Origin: a candidate division FCPU426 bacterium
GTDB taxonomy: Bacteria > Oederibacteriota > Muellerivitia > Muellerivitales > Muellerivitaceae
Direction of reading: 5' to 3'
Length of the DNA stretch: 64,000 bases
NCBI GenBank assembly: GCA_963771075.1
Contig: CAVYSE010000003.1
Location: 224,001 to 288,000, forward strand
Shown in pieces: positions 39,785 to 51,960 of this stretch (within the stretch, counting starts at the first letter, position 1; every line of letters begins with the position of its first letter). The position numbers and the translations under genes were made by a program. The notes beneath the pieces were generated by a model. That model was not told where the DNA came from. It worked only from the letters and a program-made list of their open reading frames with translations, and did not search any database.

Positions 39785-40291
39785 TCACGCCTTGGTTTTT
39801 ATGACTTGGCTCCGGTTATCGGTAAGCACCACCGACGTTTCTACCTGCCGTTCTGGAATGGTCCAATACTTTTTTAGCAAGCGCCTTTTTTCATCAGTGG
39901 CGACCTGTCTAAAACCGTGTTTTTCGTAGAATTGGATGGCCCATAAAGCAGCCGCCCAAGTACCGACTAAGATTGGGCGTGAGTCGTTGTTCATAAAGTG
40001 ATGGATGAGCTTCCCGCCAATCCCCCTGCCCCTATGATTGGTCAAGACATAAGCATGCCGGATTAGGGTTACATCCAACACGTCTTGGATACCCATTACT
40101 CCCAGGATTGTCTCCTTTTCCTCATAAACCGAGAAACGGACCCCCTCCTCAATTTCATTTTTTAAGTATTGTTCCGACATGTAGGGGTTGTGCCAGCGGT
40201 CTTCTGGGATGACGCCTTTATAGGCCTGGGCGGATTCATTGATAAGAGCAAGTATTTTTTGGAAATCTTCAGGAGAATAGGAGCGAATCAT
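39785..40291 (-). CDS. GNAT acetyltransferase
   Basis: RGRGIG and AIQFYEKHGF motifs. Confidence 0.85.
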   Translation of the reverse strand: MIRSYSPEDFQKILALINESAQAYKGVIPEDRWHNPYMSEQYLKNEIEEGVRFSVYEEKETILGVMGIQDVLDVTLIRHAYVLTNHRGRGIGGKLIHHFMNNDSRPILVGTWAAALWAIQFYEKHGFRQVATDEKRRLLKKYWTIPERQVETSVVLTDNRSQVIKTKA

Positions 40292-40308
40292 GAAGAATCC
40301 TTTCGATT

Positions 40309-40341
40309 AAAAAAAAAGCCGGGCCTTTCGGAGCCCGGCTT
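40309..40341 (-). terminator. Rho-independent terminator after the sigma factor gene
   Basis: Minus strand AAGCCGGGC-TCCGAAAG-GCCCGGC-T run. Confidence 0.8.
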
Positions 40342-40386
40342 ATGAACAAATTTTAAAAAGCATGGATGCCCAAGCTTCTCTTATCC

Positions 40387-42135
40387 TTACCGCTCCAAAT
40401 AACCCTGCAATTCGCGGCTACGCGACGGATGACGGAGCTTACGCAAGGCCTTCGCCTCGATCTGTCGCACCCTTTCGCGGGTCACCTTGTAAACGGCCCC
40501 CACCTGCTCCAGCGTCTGGGGGCTTCCGTTGGTCAGGCCGAACCGCATGCGTAGTATCTCCGCTTCCCTTTCCTTGAGCGTTCCCAACACCTTGGTGATG
40601 CGCTCCTGGAGAAGCACGAACCCCGCAGAGTCGGCGGGGGAAGCCACGGTCTTATCCTCGATGAAATCGCCCAAGTGAACGTCTTTTTCCGCGCCCACGG
40701 GCGTTTCCAGAGATACGGGAGATTGGGCGATCTTTAATACGGACCGCATCTTTTCCACCGGCATTTCCAACCGCTGGGCGACCTCGTCCACCTGCGGTTC
40801 CCGCCCCAACTCCTGGGTCAGGTCGCGCGAGGCACGCGTTGATTTATTAATAATCTCGTTCATATGCACCGGCAGCCGCACCGTGCGGCCCTGGTCGGCG
40901 ATGGCCCGGGTGATTGCCTGGCGGATCCACCAAGTGGCGTAGGTAGAGAACTTATATCCCCGGCGGTAGTCGAATTTCTCGACCGCCTTCATCAGGCCGA
41001 TGTTTCCCTCCTGGATGAGATCCAGAAAGAGCATACCGCGGTTGGAATATTTCTTCGCGATGGAGACCACCAATCGCAGGTTGGCTTCCACCATTTCCAT
41101 ACCTGAGGTATAGGCTTCGCGCTCCCCGACACGGATATTCTTCATCATGGCCCGAATGGAGACGCGGTCCATCATGGCGTCCTTCTCGATTTCCACGATG
41201 GTCTTGCGGGCCTTATCCCAGGCAAGGGCTGCCACCAGGAGATCCTCGCCCCTCAGGGGGCTTTTTTTCTCGAACACCTTCAATTTGGACGGGGAAGACC
41301 CTAAATGAGAGGGAAGCTTGGCCAAAATTTCCGGGGAAAGCCCCATCCTCTTTTCCTGGACATGCATGGCGTGTTCCTGCTCTTCCAGGTTTTCGCCGAT
41401 TTCCTTCAAGCGGTTATTGAGTCTTTCCCGAACTTTCTTTTGAAAACCGCAATCCTTCACCACCCAGATCAGATCGAGCAATAAAGCGTCCAGCTTGAGG
41501 GCCAGCGCCTTTTTCTTTTCATCCTTGATGGATTTCAACGCCATTTGCTTGCGCAACGCGTAGATGCGGCGTTCCAACGCCCTGAGCTTGACGAAACCCT
41601 TACGAATTTTGGCGAGGATTTTCGCTTCGGGAATGCCATCCGGTAGGTCGACATAGGGCCCCAGATCGATCGCGTCTTTTAAGAGGATCTTTTTTTTCAG
41701 AATGGAGTCGTACAATTCGTGAAGGTCCTTGAGGCCGCGGGGCGAGCCAAGGGCCGCCTTACCCACCATAAACTCTCCGGCTTCCATGCGCTTGGAGATG
41801 GCGATTTCCTCCGCCCGGGTCAGGAGTGAAACCCGGCCCATTTGATGGAGGTACATTTTGACCGGATCGCCCATTCGGCTTTCCGCGCCCGATCCAACGA
41901 AGGACAGGTCGGGTTTTTCCTCTTCCTCAGGTTCGGGCTCGGCTGTTTCCGCGGCAGGGGCGGCTTCGGAGGCGGATTCTTTCTCCTCCTCCTCCCCGTC
42001 TTCCCCTCCCGTGAGCGGGATATCCTTTTCCCCGAGCGTGAGAAGAAGATCATCCACGTCTTCCGGCGTGACGATCTCACTCTGAGGAAAGTCTTGTTCT
42101 TTTGGGTGTCCAGCTCCCTTTTTTGTACGTGGCAT
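40387..42135 (-). CDS. rpoD: RpoD-type sigma-70 factor with non-conserved region
   Basis: [56 protein letters not shown] and [17 protein letters not shown]; may be a paralog rather than the primary sigma. Confidence 0.85.
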   Translation of the reverse strand: MPRTKKGAGHPKEQDFPQSEIVTPEDVDDLLLTLGEKDIPLTGGEDGEEEEKESASEAAPAAETAEPEPEEEEKPDLSFVGSGAESRMGDPVKMYLHQMGRVSLLTRAEEIAISKRMEAGEFMVGKAALGSPRGLKDLHELYDSILKKKILLKDAIDLGPYVDLPDGIPEAKILAKIRKGFVKLRALERRIYALRKQMALKSIKDEKKKALALKLDALLLDLIWVVKDCGFQKKVRERLNNRLKEIGENLEEQEHAMHVQEKRMGLSPEILAKLPSHLGSSPSKLKVFEKKSPLRGEDLLVAALAWDKARKTIVEIEKDAMMDRVSIRAMMKNIRVGEREAYTSGMEMVEANLRLVVSIAKKYSNRGMLFLDLIQEGNIGLMKAVEKFDYRRGYKFSTYATWWIRQAITRAIADQGRTVRLPVHMNEIINKSTRASRDLTQELGREPQVDEVAQRLEMPVEKMRSVLKIAQSPVSLETPVGAEKDVHLGDFIEDKTVASPADSAGFVLLQERITKVLGTLKEREAEILRMRFGLTNGSPQTLEQVGAVYKVTRERVRQIEAKALRKLRHPSRSRELQGYLER

Positions 42136-42200
42136 AGGCTTTGTTCTACCCCTTAAGATCGATTTTTCACTTCGGCCGCCCTCGCCTGGAGGGCGGGAAT

Positions 42201-42233
42201 AAAAAAGCCCCGATGGCTGAGACCAAGGGGGCT
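42201..42233 (-). terminator. Terminator-like hairpin in the leader of the rpoD-type gene
   Basis: Minus strand AGCCCC(C)-loop-GGGGCT-TTTTT, 65 nt upstream of the ATG. Confidence 0.55.
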
Positions 42234-42539
42234 ACCCTATTTAAAAACGTTTCTTACATCGATTCGATCATCATTCCCCCATCCGGCAGGGTTTATAACC
42301 CATCTGCCGAATTTTAACCCCGGCCCCTATCCTGCGTTTCCCGCATTAACTTCAAGTAGTCGGCTTGGGGCGCGTAGACAAATTGCGGTTTTATGATTCA
42401 TGCCTAATGTTCATTACCAAAAACCGTCTATTGAATATAGGGCTTTCCCGGAAAAAGTGGGAAGAAATCTAGGTTTATTTCAAGCTTTTTCTGGGCTTAA
42501 AAGGTCCCTTTTTTAAAGAAAATTTGAATTTTTATATTT

Positions 42540-45135
<2,596 letters not shown>

Positions 45136-45324
45136 TTTTCTTCAACTTTCTGACCTACCGTCAAGCTAAGGACCTATTCCCGGAACACAGAAGAAAAACA
45201 TCATCTCAAGATAAGATTCGGTGAAAAATCTTTCAATACGAGTTCAATGATTAAATTCATTTAATAGATGACCCAATTTCATATTCTGGTAATCAAATTT
45301 AAGACGAGATGACAATTCGTTATA

Positions 45325-47526
45325 ATGCCTTCTGATCCAATGAAAGCTATCTTCAGCCATACCTCGAATCGTGTTTTATCCTTTGCCGGAGCTTTAGGTC
45401 TGGCTTTTTTAGGGCAGTTCCTCATCATTCAAAAAGACGATCCGACAACTATTTTTCCTGCGTTTATTCTCTATAGCCTAGCGATTTGGATCTTTTTAAG
45501 GACCGTTCCCCCTCAAACAACCGAACCCCTCCCAGCACCCGAGCCTTTCACTCTTTTTGAAGGAATCGCGTTAGCCCTGATCTTAATTATTTCCTTGGCC
45601 ATGAGGCTATACCGCTTTAATGATTACCCAAACGGACTTTTTACCGACGAGGGATGCTCAGCCTGGATTGGTTATAAGATTGCACACGAAAATTGGCACC
45701 TTATTCAAAACATGGGGTATTTTTTCCCCTTTTATCCCAATTACATTTCCAATGCTTATTGGTCAGCTATTTGGTTTAAATTTTTTGGCCCGACGCAAAA
45801 CAATTTTTATTTTTTTTCGGTATTCTTGGGTCTGCTTGCTTTTCCAGCAATCTACTGGACCTTTCGTCAATGGAGTGGCCCGAGGATAGCCCTCTTAACC
45901 CTCTTCATCCTTTCGGTCATGCGTTGGCATGTAACTTATAGCCGTTCCGGACATCCCGCGATTGAAATTCTTATCTACATTTTCTTTGCGCTTGCCCTTT
46001 GGACCAAAGGAATACGGTCGGCCAATATGTGGTATTTGGTTCCAGCGACTTTAATTACATCTGTGGGCTTTTTGGCATACCAGGCTTATTACGCTTTCCT
46101 GATATTCCTAACTCTTTTCTTGTTACTCGAATGGCGAAACAGTGCATGGAAAACCAAATCTTTATGGACGACTTTAGCTTGTGTCTATTTGACTTCAATA
46201 TTCATTGGAAGGCCATATTTTCAATACTTGGCACAACGGGGGGGGCCAGGAATGCCAGGTAAGGGTTCCGCTTTCTTTTCCATTCAATGGAATCGAGAAG
46301 GTCTGCGATCTATTTGTGCTCACTGTCTAGAATCGCTCCTTCAATTTAATCGATCTGGAGATCCTTGGCCCATCCATAATCTTCCTTACCACAGGCTGTT
46401 GGACGACGTTACGAGCGTTTTTTTTATTCTGGGCTTTTTCCTGGCTTGTACGCGTCTTTCCTGGCGGCAATACCTTTACGCACTCCTTGGATTGGTGTTA
46501 ATGAGTTTGCCTGCAGTTCTCTCACAATTTCCTATAAGCGCCAGCCGAATGATCGGCACCGCTCCCTTCATCGCTTTTCTAGCCGCCCTTGGAATGGAAG
46601 AAGTTTACGATCAATTGAAAAACGCTTCATCTCTTTGCGTATCCAAGGCAAGCAGCATTTTCGTAACTGGGATGTTCATCTTGATGGCTTATCAAAATTT
46701 CCACGTTTATTTTGATGAGCAAGCTCGAAATTATGATTGTCGTTTAACCGACAACCCAAAAGAAACGGCTGTCGGCAATGCCGTAGCGAACACCGGAAAC
46801 ACCTGCGAGGATTACCTGTCCACACGATTCTTCCGACACTACACTGTGCTGTTTTTAGGTTATGGGCAAACCAAACACATGCATGAATTATCTTTACCCG
46901 AGTCGCTCTCACTCCCCGAATGGAACCCGGGGCAGTCCGTCCTCTTCGCCCTGGAAGAAGGCCAAACCGGTGTCTTGGGGCTGATTCAATCTCTCTATCC
47001 CGGGGGTGAACAATGGTTTTTAAAAGACTCGCGGGGTCATAACCTGGTTTACTTCTATAAGATTTCTCAAGTGATCGCCCAAGAAGGCCGCCGGAAAGCT
47101 CAACAATTCCTTCAATCCAATTTCGGATTATGGGGTTTTTATTGGCCGACTATGGACCACCGTGGGCCACCGATCCTTCGTCACAATGATCCCTTAATTA
47201 ATTTTACCTTCAGGAATGATTTTCCCCTGCGTCAGTTCCCTCCCTTGAGGGTTGTCTGGAAAGGGTTCTTAACCACGCCCCTAAAAGGGAAATACCAATT
47301 CTTGGCACTCTCGACCAACTCTTTGAATATGGACTTGGATGGTAAAGAAATTCTTTCAGCTGAGAACCAGGAATCCAAGGGGCTTCCTCTAAAAAAAGGC
47401 CGTTATAGGATTGAGCTAACGTTTCTAAAAGAATCTGGGACAGATACCGCTTTGAGTTTTTTATGGAAGAAACCGGGAGCCACCCAATATGAGGTGGTTC
47501 CCTACAATGTTCTCCAAAGGAACTGA
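45325..47526 (+). CDS. GT-C fold glycosyltransferase (ArnT/PMT-like) with C-terminal PA14 domain
   Basis: R.Y...P.G...DE motif, many transmembrane helices and WH..YSR; C-terminal DP.INF...W.G.L..P..G.Y.F...L.W..PG...VP. Confidence 0.8.
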   Translation: MPSDPMKAIFSHTSNRVLSFAGALGLAFLGQFLIIQKDDPTTIFPAFILYSLAIWIFLRTVPPQTTEPLPAPEPFTLFEGIALALILIISLAMRLYRFNDYPNGLFTDEGCSAWIGYKIAHENWHLIQNMGYFFPFYPNYISNAYWSAIWFKFFGPTQNNFYFFSVFLGLLAFPAIYWTFRQWSGPRIALLTLFILSVMRWHVTYSRSGHPAIEILIYIFFALALWTKGIRSANMWYLVPATLITSVGFLAYQAYYAFLIFLTLFLLLEWRNSAWKTKSLWTTLACVYLTSIFIGRPYFQYLAQRGGPGMPGKGSAFFSIQWNREGLRSICAHCLESLLQFNRSGDPWPIHNLPYHRLLDDVTSVFFILGFFLACTRLSWRQYLYALLGLVLMSLPAVLSQFPISASRMIGTAPFIAFLAALGMEEVYDQLKNASSLCVSKASSIFVTGMFILMAYQNFHVYFDEQARNYDCRLTDNPKETAVGNAVANTGNTCEDYLSTRFFRHYTVLFLGYGQTKHMHELSLPESLSLPEWNPGQSVLFALEEGQTGVLGLIQSLYPGGEQWFLKDSRGHNLVYFYKISQVIAQEGRRKAQQFLQSNFGLWGFYWPTMDHRGPPILRHNDPLINFTFRNDFPLRQFPPLRVVWKGFLTTPLKGKYQFLALSTNSLNMDLDGKEILSAENQESKGLPLKKGRYRIELTFLKESGTDTALSFLWKKPGATQYEVVPYNVLQRN

Positions 47527-47529
47527 TGG

Positions 47530-49227
47530 TTAAAACTTAGGAAGGTAGATTCGCGCCTCTTCTTTCGGCAATCCACGTCCTAGTGCCTCGAAATATGCGA
47601 AGGGCGGAGCCGAAGCCAAAGGGCTTCCCCTATCGGGAAAGGCTTTACCCGGAATTTCATAGCAAAGCCAGGTCGATCCTATCTTTTTCGTCGGGGCGAC
47701 TCGGGTTATCCAACTGGCCAAAATTGGATTAGCCCCAGGAATGAAGGCCGGTCCGAGCTGAAGGAAGGAAGCATTAACGGCATAAACCCAGCCAGGCTGG
47801 GGCCCCTTTAAATCCTGTTCGGTCCAGTAGGACCAATCCATCCCGTAAAAAGCCGGGTCGCAAGCGCCCATATAGGCCAGCTTGACGTGCTTCCAACCGA
47901 ACCGAGTAGCCGCCTGGGACAAACGCCGGGTGTCCTGTCCCAAATCCAGGTTTGAATCACCCAAATAAAAAAGTTTAGATTTCATCCCTACCAGCGGATT
48001 GAAATAGCTCACATGGGCGGGAAAGGCCAAAGCCACGTTTAAAGCTTGCAGGTCCAACAACAGGACCAGGCCCGCCCGGAAAAAAATTTGTGAGGAAGTC
48101 CGATTCCAAAGCCATTGGCCCCCCCGTGCGGCGACCAGAATGAGAAAGGGATAGATGGGGAGGATCTCCCGAATACCAATGTTGGCGAAAGGCATAACGG
48201 CCAAATATAGAACGAGAGGAGACATCCATTGCCAGAGTGGAATTTTTATTTTTCCCAAGAGCGCCAGTGCGACTCCCAAACCAGCCAGAATCAATAATGC
48301 GGGAGGGCTCTTGAGCAGAATCGCCAACGGGAAATAGAAGAGATGGTTTTGGTGGGATAACTCACCCCAAAAATAGGTTGCGTAACCTGAATAGCCGGAA
48401 AGCCCCCGAAACCCTTCCCAAAAATATCGATAGGGTGATAGATGTCCGGGAATTACCAAAGTTCCAGGTAGATATATTAGGCCAATCCAGAGGATGACCC
48501 CCGCGAAAACCATGAGCCAAGCGAACCCCCTTCCTTTAACAATCGATTCCCCTCCCGTTTCCCTTCTGACTCCTTCCCGGCCAAATAGTCCCAAGAGCAG
48601 GAATATCGGGGCCAGGACCCCTGCGGAATATTTACTGGTCAGGGCCATGGCTCCGACTAGGCCAGCGAAAAAAGCTCTTCTATTGGTGGGTTTTTTCTGG
48701 AACCACCGGAAACATAATAAAGCAGCAAGAAAAAAAAAGGTAACGGGGATATCCGCCATCGCCACACCAGAAAAGGCCAGAAGATTGGGTTCAAACGCCC
48801 AGAGCGTGAGGGTTGTAAGGAGAAAAACAATGGATTCTCCCTGGGAAGTCCATAACAGCAGAAGCCCTACCCCAATCCCCAAAAGAAAGCTTACTCCCCG
48901 CGCCAAGGCCAACGCCGAAATACATTGGTCGGGGTTCAGAACAAAGAAGAAATTATAGGCTCTTCTTTCGGGGTTGTCGAAATGGACGGTGGTTTTATCC
49001 CGCAAATCCAAAGCCCTGAGGGGCAAGGCTTGAAGAACCTTGGGGAAGGGAGGATGACCCGGGTGGGAAATAACATCCCCTTTCCAATAATAGTAGCCAT
49101 TCACCACATCACCTATCTCATCGCCTCCCGGAGAATCCGAAGTGAGTCTGGGAAGCACTTGAAAACCGAAGAGGATGGCAAAAAAACAAAAAAGAACAAA
49201 GGGCCGGGAAAAGAGAAAGCGATTCAC
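47530..49227 (-). CDS. GT-C fold glycosyltransferase (ArnT/PMT-like)
   Basis: S...DE, HPP..K, SKYS, G.R..LP.YP, YFN and DSNLDLGQD motifs; multiple transmembrane segments. Confidence 0.8.
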   Translation of the reverse strand: MNRFLFSRPFVLFCFFAILFGFQVLPRLTSDSPGGDEIGDVVNGYYYWKGDVISHPGHPPFPKVLQALPLRALDLRDKTTVHFDNPERRAYNFFFVLNPDQCISALALARGVSFLLGIGVGLLLLWTSQGESIVFLLTTLTLWAFEPNLLAFSGVAMADIPVTFFFLAALLCFRWFQKKPTNRRAFFAGLVGAMALTSKYSAGVLAPIFLLLGLFGREGVRRETGGESIVKGRGFAWLMVFAGVILWIGLIYLPGTLVIPGHLSPYRYFWEGFRGLSGYSGYATYFWGELSHQNHLFYFPLAILLKSPPALLILAGLGVALALLGKIKIPLWQWMSPLVLYLAVMPFANIGIREILPIYPFLILVAARGGQWLWNRTSSQIFFRAGLVLLLDLQALNVALAFPAHVSYFNPLVGMKSKLFYLGDSNLDLGQDTRRLSQAATRFGWKHVKLAYMGACDPAFYGMDWSYWTEQDLKGPQPGWVYAVNASFLQLGPAFIPGANPILASWITRVAPTKKIGSTWLCYEIPGKAFPDRGSPLASAPPFAYFEALGRGLPKEEARIYLPKF

Positions 49228-49289
49228 ATTTCTATTTTAACAAAGGACATCGAAATGAAAGCACATTGAAAACACACCCTGAAACACCT

Positions 49290-50708
49290 TTATCTTCTTG
49301 GCATGTTATCCTCAATAGTCCGGTAAGATGGGTTTTTGGGTAATTCTTCCAGGTCAAACCCCTTGTTCGCGATGACCTTTTTGTACCAATGGGCGCTTTT
49401 CTTGTAGGTGCGCTTCAAGGTCTTGAAATCCACATAGATCAGGCCGAACCGGGGGTCATACCCTTGCGCCCACTCGAAATTATCCATTAGCGACCATGCG
49501 TAATAACCCGACACCCTCACCCCCTCGGCCATGGCCCGTCGAACGGCGGTCAAGTAGTGGCCCAGATAATGGATACGGGTGTCATCGTTGATAGTTTGTT
49601 CCAGCGTGCGGTAGGAATCCCGGGTACAGGTGCCGTTTTCGGTGATGAGCATGTGCTTGAAATCGTATTTTTTCTGTAAGGAAACCAGGAGGTCATAAAG
49701 GGCGATGGGGTCCACCTGCCAACGCATGTCGTTGACGAAAGACCCCGCGGGCATGGTCCCGTCGTTGTCAAAGGGGCCTACACCCGGGGCGTAACGCGCG
49801 TAGGACGGGAAATAATGGTTCACTCCCAAAAAGTCGATGGGTTCGGCGATCACCTTCAGGTCCTCCTCGCGGTAGCCGGAGGGCTTGCCGGCGAACTCAA
49901 AGAAAAACTCGGGATAACCCCTCCCCGCACCGGGTTCGAGGAAAATGCCGCGTTGAAGGGTGCTGAGATTTTCAGCGTGTCTCACATCCGCCGTGCTAGA
50001 GGTGACCGGTCGGAATGGGTTCAGCGCGTGGACCCAGCCGATCTCGCCCCTAAGGCCCGAATCCCGGAAGGCCCTCACCCCCAGGCCGTGGGATAGATTG
50101 ATGTGATGAACAGCGTTGGCGTAGGCCGATTTGTCTTGCTTGCCGGGAGGAAAATGCCCCTGCAAAAAACCCAGCTGGGCGGTGCAGACAGGTTCATTGT
50201 GCGTGGCCCAGTAGGAGACGTCCCGGCCCAGCTTTTGGAAGACCGACTCGGCGTATTCCCCGAAGGCGAGGGCGGTTTCCCGGTTTTCCCAGCCACCCTT
50301 CGCCCAACTAGGCACCTCCCAATGGAAAAGGGTGAGGGAGGGATCAATGCCGGCCTTCTTCAGCTCATCGAGCAATCGGCGGTAGAAATCCAATCCATTT
50401 TCGTTGACGCGCCCCCTATCGGGTACGATCCGGGGCCAGGATAGGGAGAAGCGGTAAGCTTTTAGCCCCAGGTCTTTCATGAGGGCCACATCTTCTTTAT
50501 ATTGATGATAATGGTCGCAGGCGACATCGGCGTTGTCGCCGTTTGCAATTTTGCCTGGAGTGTGAGTCCATTCGTACCAATTGCTTGGGGTAGCGCCGTC
50601 GGCCAAGGGATGGCCTTCAAACTGGAATGAACTGGTAGCGGCCCCCCATAGGAAGTTTTCAGGAAAAGAAATAATATGGGAACTCAAGCGGGCCCTTTCA
50701 GTCGGCAT
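49290..50708 (-). CDS. GH1 beta-glucosidase
   Basis: FLWGAATS..Q.EG, YRFS.SWPR, catalytic NEP and ITENG, WSLMDNFEW. Confidence 0.95.
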   Translation of the reverse strand: MPTERARLSSHIISFPENFLWGAATSSFQFEGHPLADGATPSNWYEWTHTPGKIANGDNADVACDHYHQYKEDVALMKDLGLKAYRFSLSWPRIVPDRGRVNENGLDFYRRLLDELKKAGIDPSLTLFHWEVPSWAKGGWENRETALAFGEYAESVFQKLGRDVSYWATHNEPVCTAQLGFLQGHFPPGKQDKSAYANAVHHINLSHGLGVRAFRDSGLRGEIGWVHALNPFRPVTSSTADVRHAENLSTLQRGIFLEPGAGRGYPEFFFEFAGKPSGYREEDLKVIAEPIDFLGVNHYFPSYARYAPGVGPFDNDGTMPAGSFVNDMRWQVDPIALYDLLVSLQKKYDFKHMLITENGTCTRDSYRTLEQTINDDTRIHYLGHYLTAVRRAMAEGVRVSGYYAWSLMDNFEWAQGYDPRFGLIYVDFKTLKRTYKKSAHWYKKVIANKGFDLEELPKNPSYRTIEDNMPRR

Positions 50709-50774
50709 TGCTAAGTGTGTCAGTTTAGGGGATCGCAAATTCGATAAGAACAAAAAAACAAAGAAAGCCTTTTC

Positions 50775-51326
50775 ATGGAAAAACCCATCACGAAAATCGG
50801 AAATCTGATTTTAAGGCGCAAAACACATGACCTATCCTCCCAGGAAGCGGTTTCATCAAAGCTGCATGCTTTTTTGAAACAAATGGTAACCACCATGAGA
50901 AATTTCCAAGGCGTCGGGTTGGCCGCCAACCAGGTAGGAGACCCCCGGCGGATCTTGGTGATGGAATGCCGGGGCAATAAACGCTATCCCAACCGGCCCT
51001 CCTTCCCACTTCAAACTTATCTCAACGCACGAATCGTTAAATATTCCGGGAAAAAAATAAAGGATTGGGAGGGTTGTTTGAGCATCCCAGGCTATCGAGG
51101 GTTGGTTCCTCGTTCCTATTCGGTCGTGCTGGAAGCCATGTCCTTGAGCGGAAAAAAGATCCGCCGGACCTACAAAGGATTTGAGGCCCGGGTAATTCAA
51201 CATGAGGTGGACCATCTCAATGGTCTTTTTTACATCGATCGAATGGAAGACTTTCGTTCGTATTTCCACTTAGAGGAATTCGAAAATAAAATGAACATCA
51301 AAATCCGGGAGAAAAGATCGCGGTGA
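50775..51326 (+). CDS. def: Peptide deformylase
   Basis: GVGLAANQ, EGCLS and QHEVDH motifs. Confidence 0.93.
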   Translation: MEKPITKIGNLILRRKTHDLSSQEAVSSKLHAFLKQMVTTMRNFQGVGLAANQVGDPRRILVMECRGNKRYPNRPSFPLQTYLNARIVKYSGKKIKDWEGCLSIPGYRGLVPRSYSVVLEAMSLSGKKIRRTYKGFEARVIQHEVDHLNGLFYIDRMEDFRSYFHLEEFENKMNIKIREKRSR

Positions 51327-51784
51327 AAATTTATCTGATGCGCCATGGAAACTCGGTGACGTCTGGGCCGGGGCATCTAAAAGCCTTGTCAACCCGGGGC
51401 GAAAAAGAAGTAACCAAGGTGGGTGGTTGGCTTCAAAAGAACCAAATCAATCCAAAAGCCATTTGGCATAGTCCACTCCCCCGAGCCGCCCAAACCGCGG
51501 CGTTGATCCAGAAGGCTATCGGTTTTCCGGGGGAGGGGTTGATCGAAAAACCGGAATTATCGCCTGAGGGCAACCCTACGGAAATCATTAGGGAAATTCA
51601 TATGCAAATCAGTGATCTACTTTTGGTAAGCCACCTTCCCTTTTTAAAAGGCTTCGCGTGTCACTTTTTTGACCCCGAAACGACTCCGGAAGCCTTTGAA
51701 TTCCACACAGCTGGAATTTGCGCCTTAGATCTCGGCAAAGGAAAAAGCACATGGCTTTGGACTCTTTCTCCAGATGATTTGTAA
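51323..51784 (+). CDS. sixA: Phosphohistidine phosphatase SixA
   Basis: YLMRHG, HSP..RA.QTA and LVSHLP; overlaps the def stop (GTGA). Confidence 0.85.
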   Translation: MKIYLMRHGNSVTSGPGHLKALSTRGEKEVTKVGGWLQKNQINPKAIWHSPLPRAAQTAALIQKAIGFPGEGLIEKPELSPEGNPTEIIREIHMQISDLLLVSHLPFLKGFACHFFDPETTPEAFEFHTAGICALDLGKGKSTWLWTLSPDDL

Positions 51785-51901
51785 AGTGATTTGATTTTCG
51801 GCAACGATGCAAAAAGTATTTTAAACTATTGCATTTTCAATCGGCCCCATGAACAATTTCATTCAAGCCTGTCACAAAATAGTCACCCTGTGAAAAGCCT
51901 G

Positions 51902-51910
51902 TGTTATAAT
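51902..51910 (+). promoter_or_regulatory. Extended -10 promoter element
   Basis: TGTTATAAT (TGnTATAAT) ~50 nt upstream of ATG 51961. Confidence 0.5.
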
Positions 51911-51960
51911 TTTTGTTTGTAGCCATACACGCGATTCAACCCGTCTAGGAGGTTCGGTTC

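Noticed and set aside
45136..45324. CIRCE or other heat-shock operator upstream of clpB
   Set aside because: No TTAGCACTC-N9-GAGTGCTAA or other clear operator found
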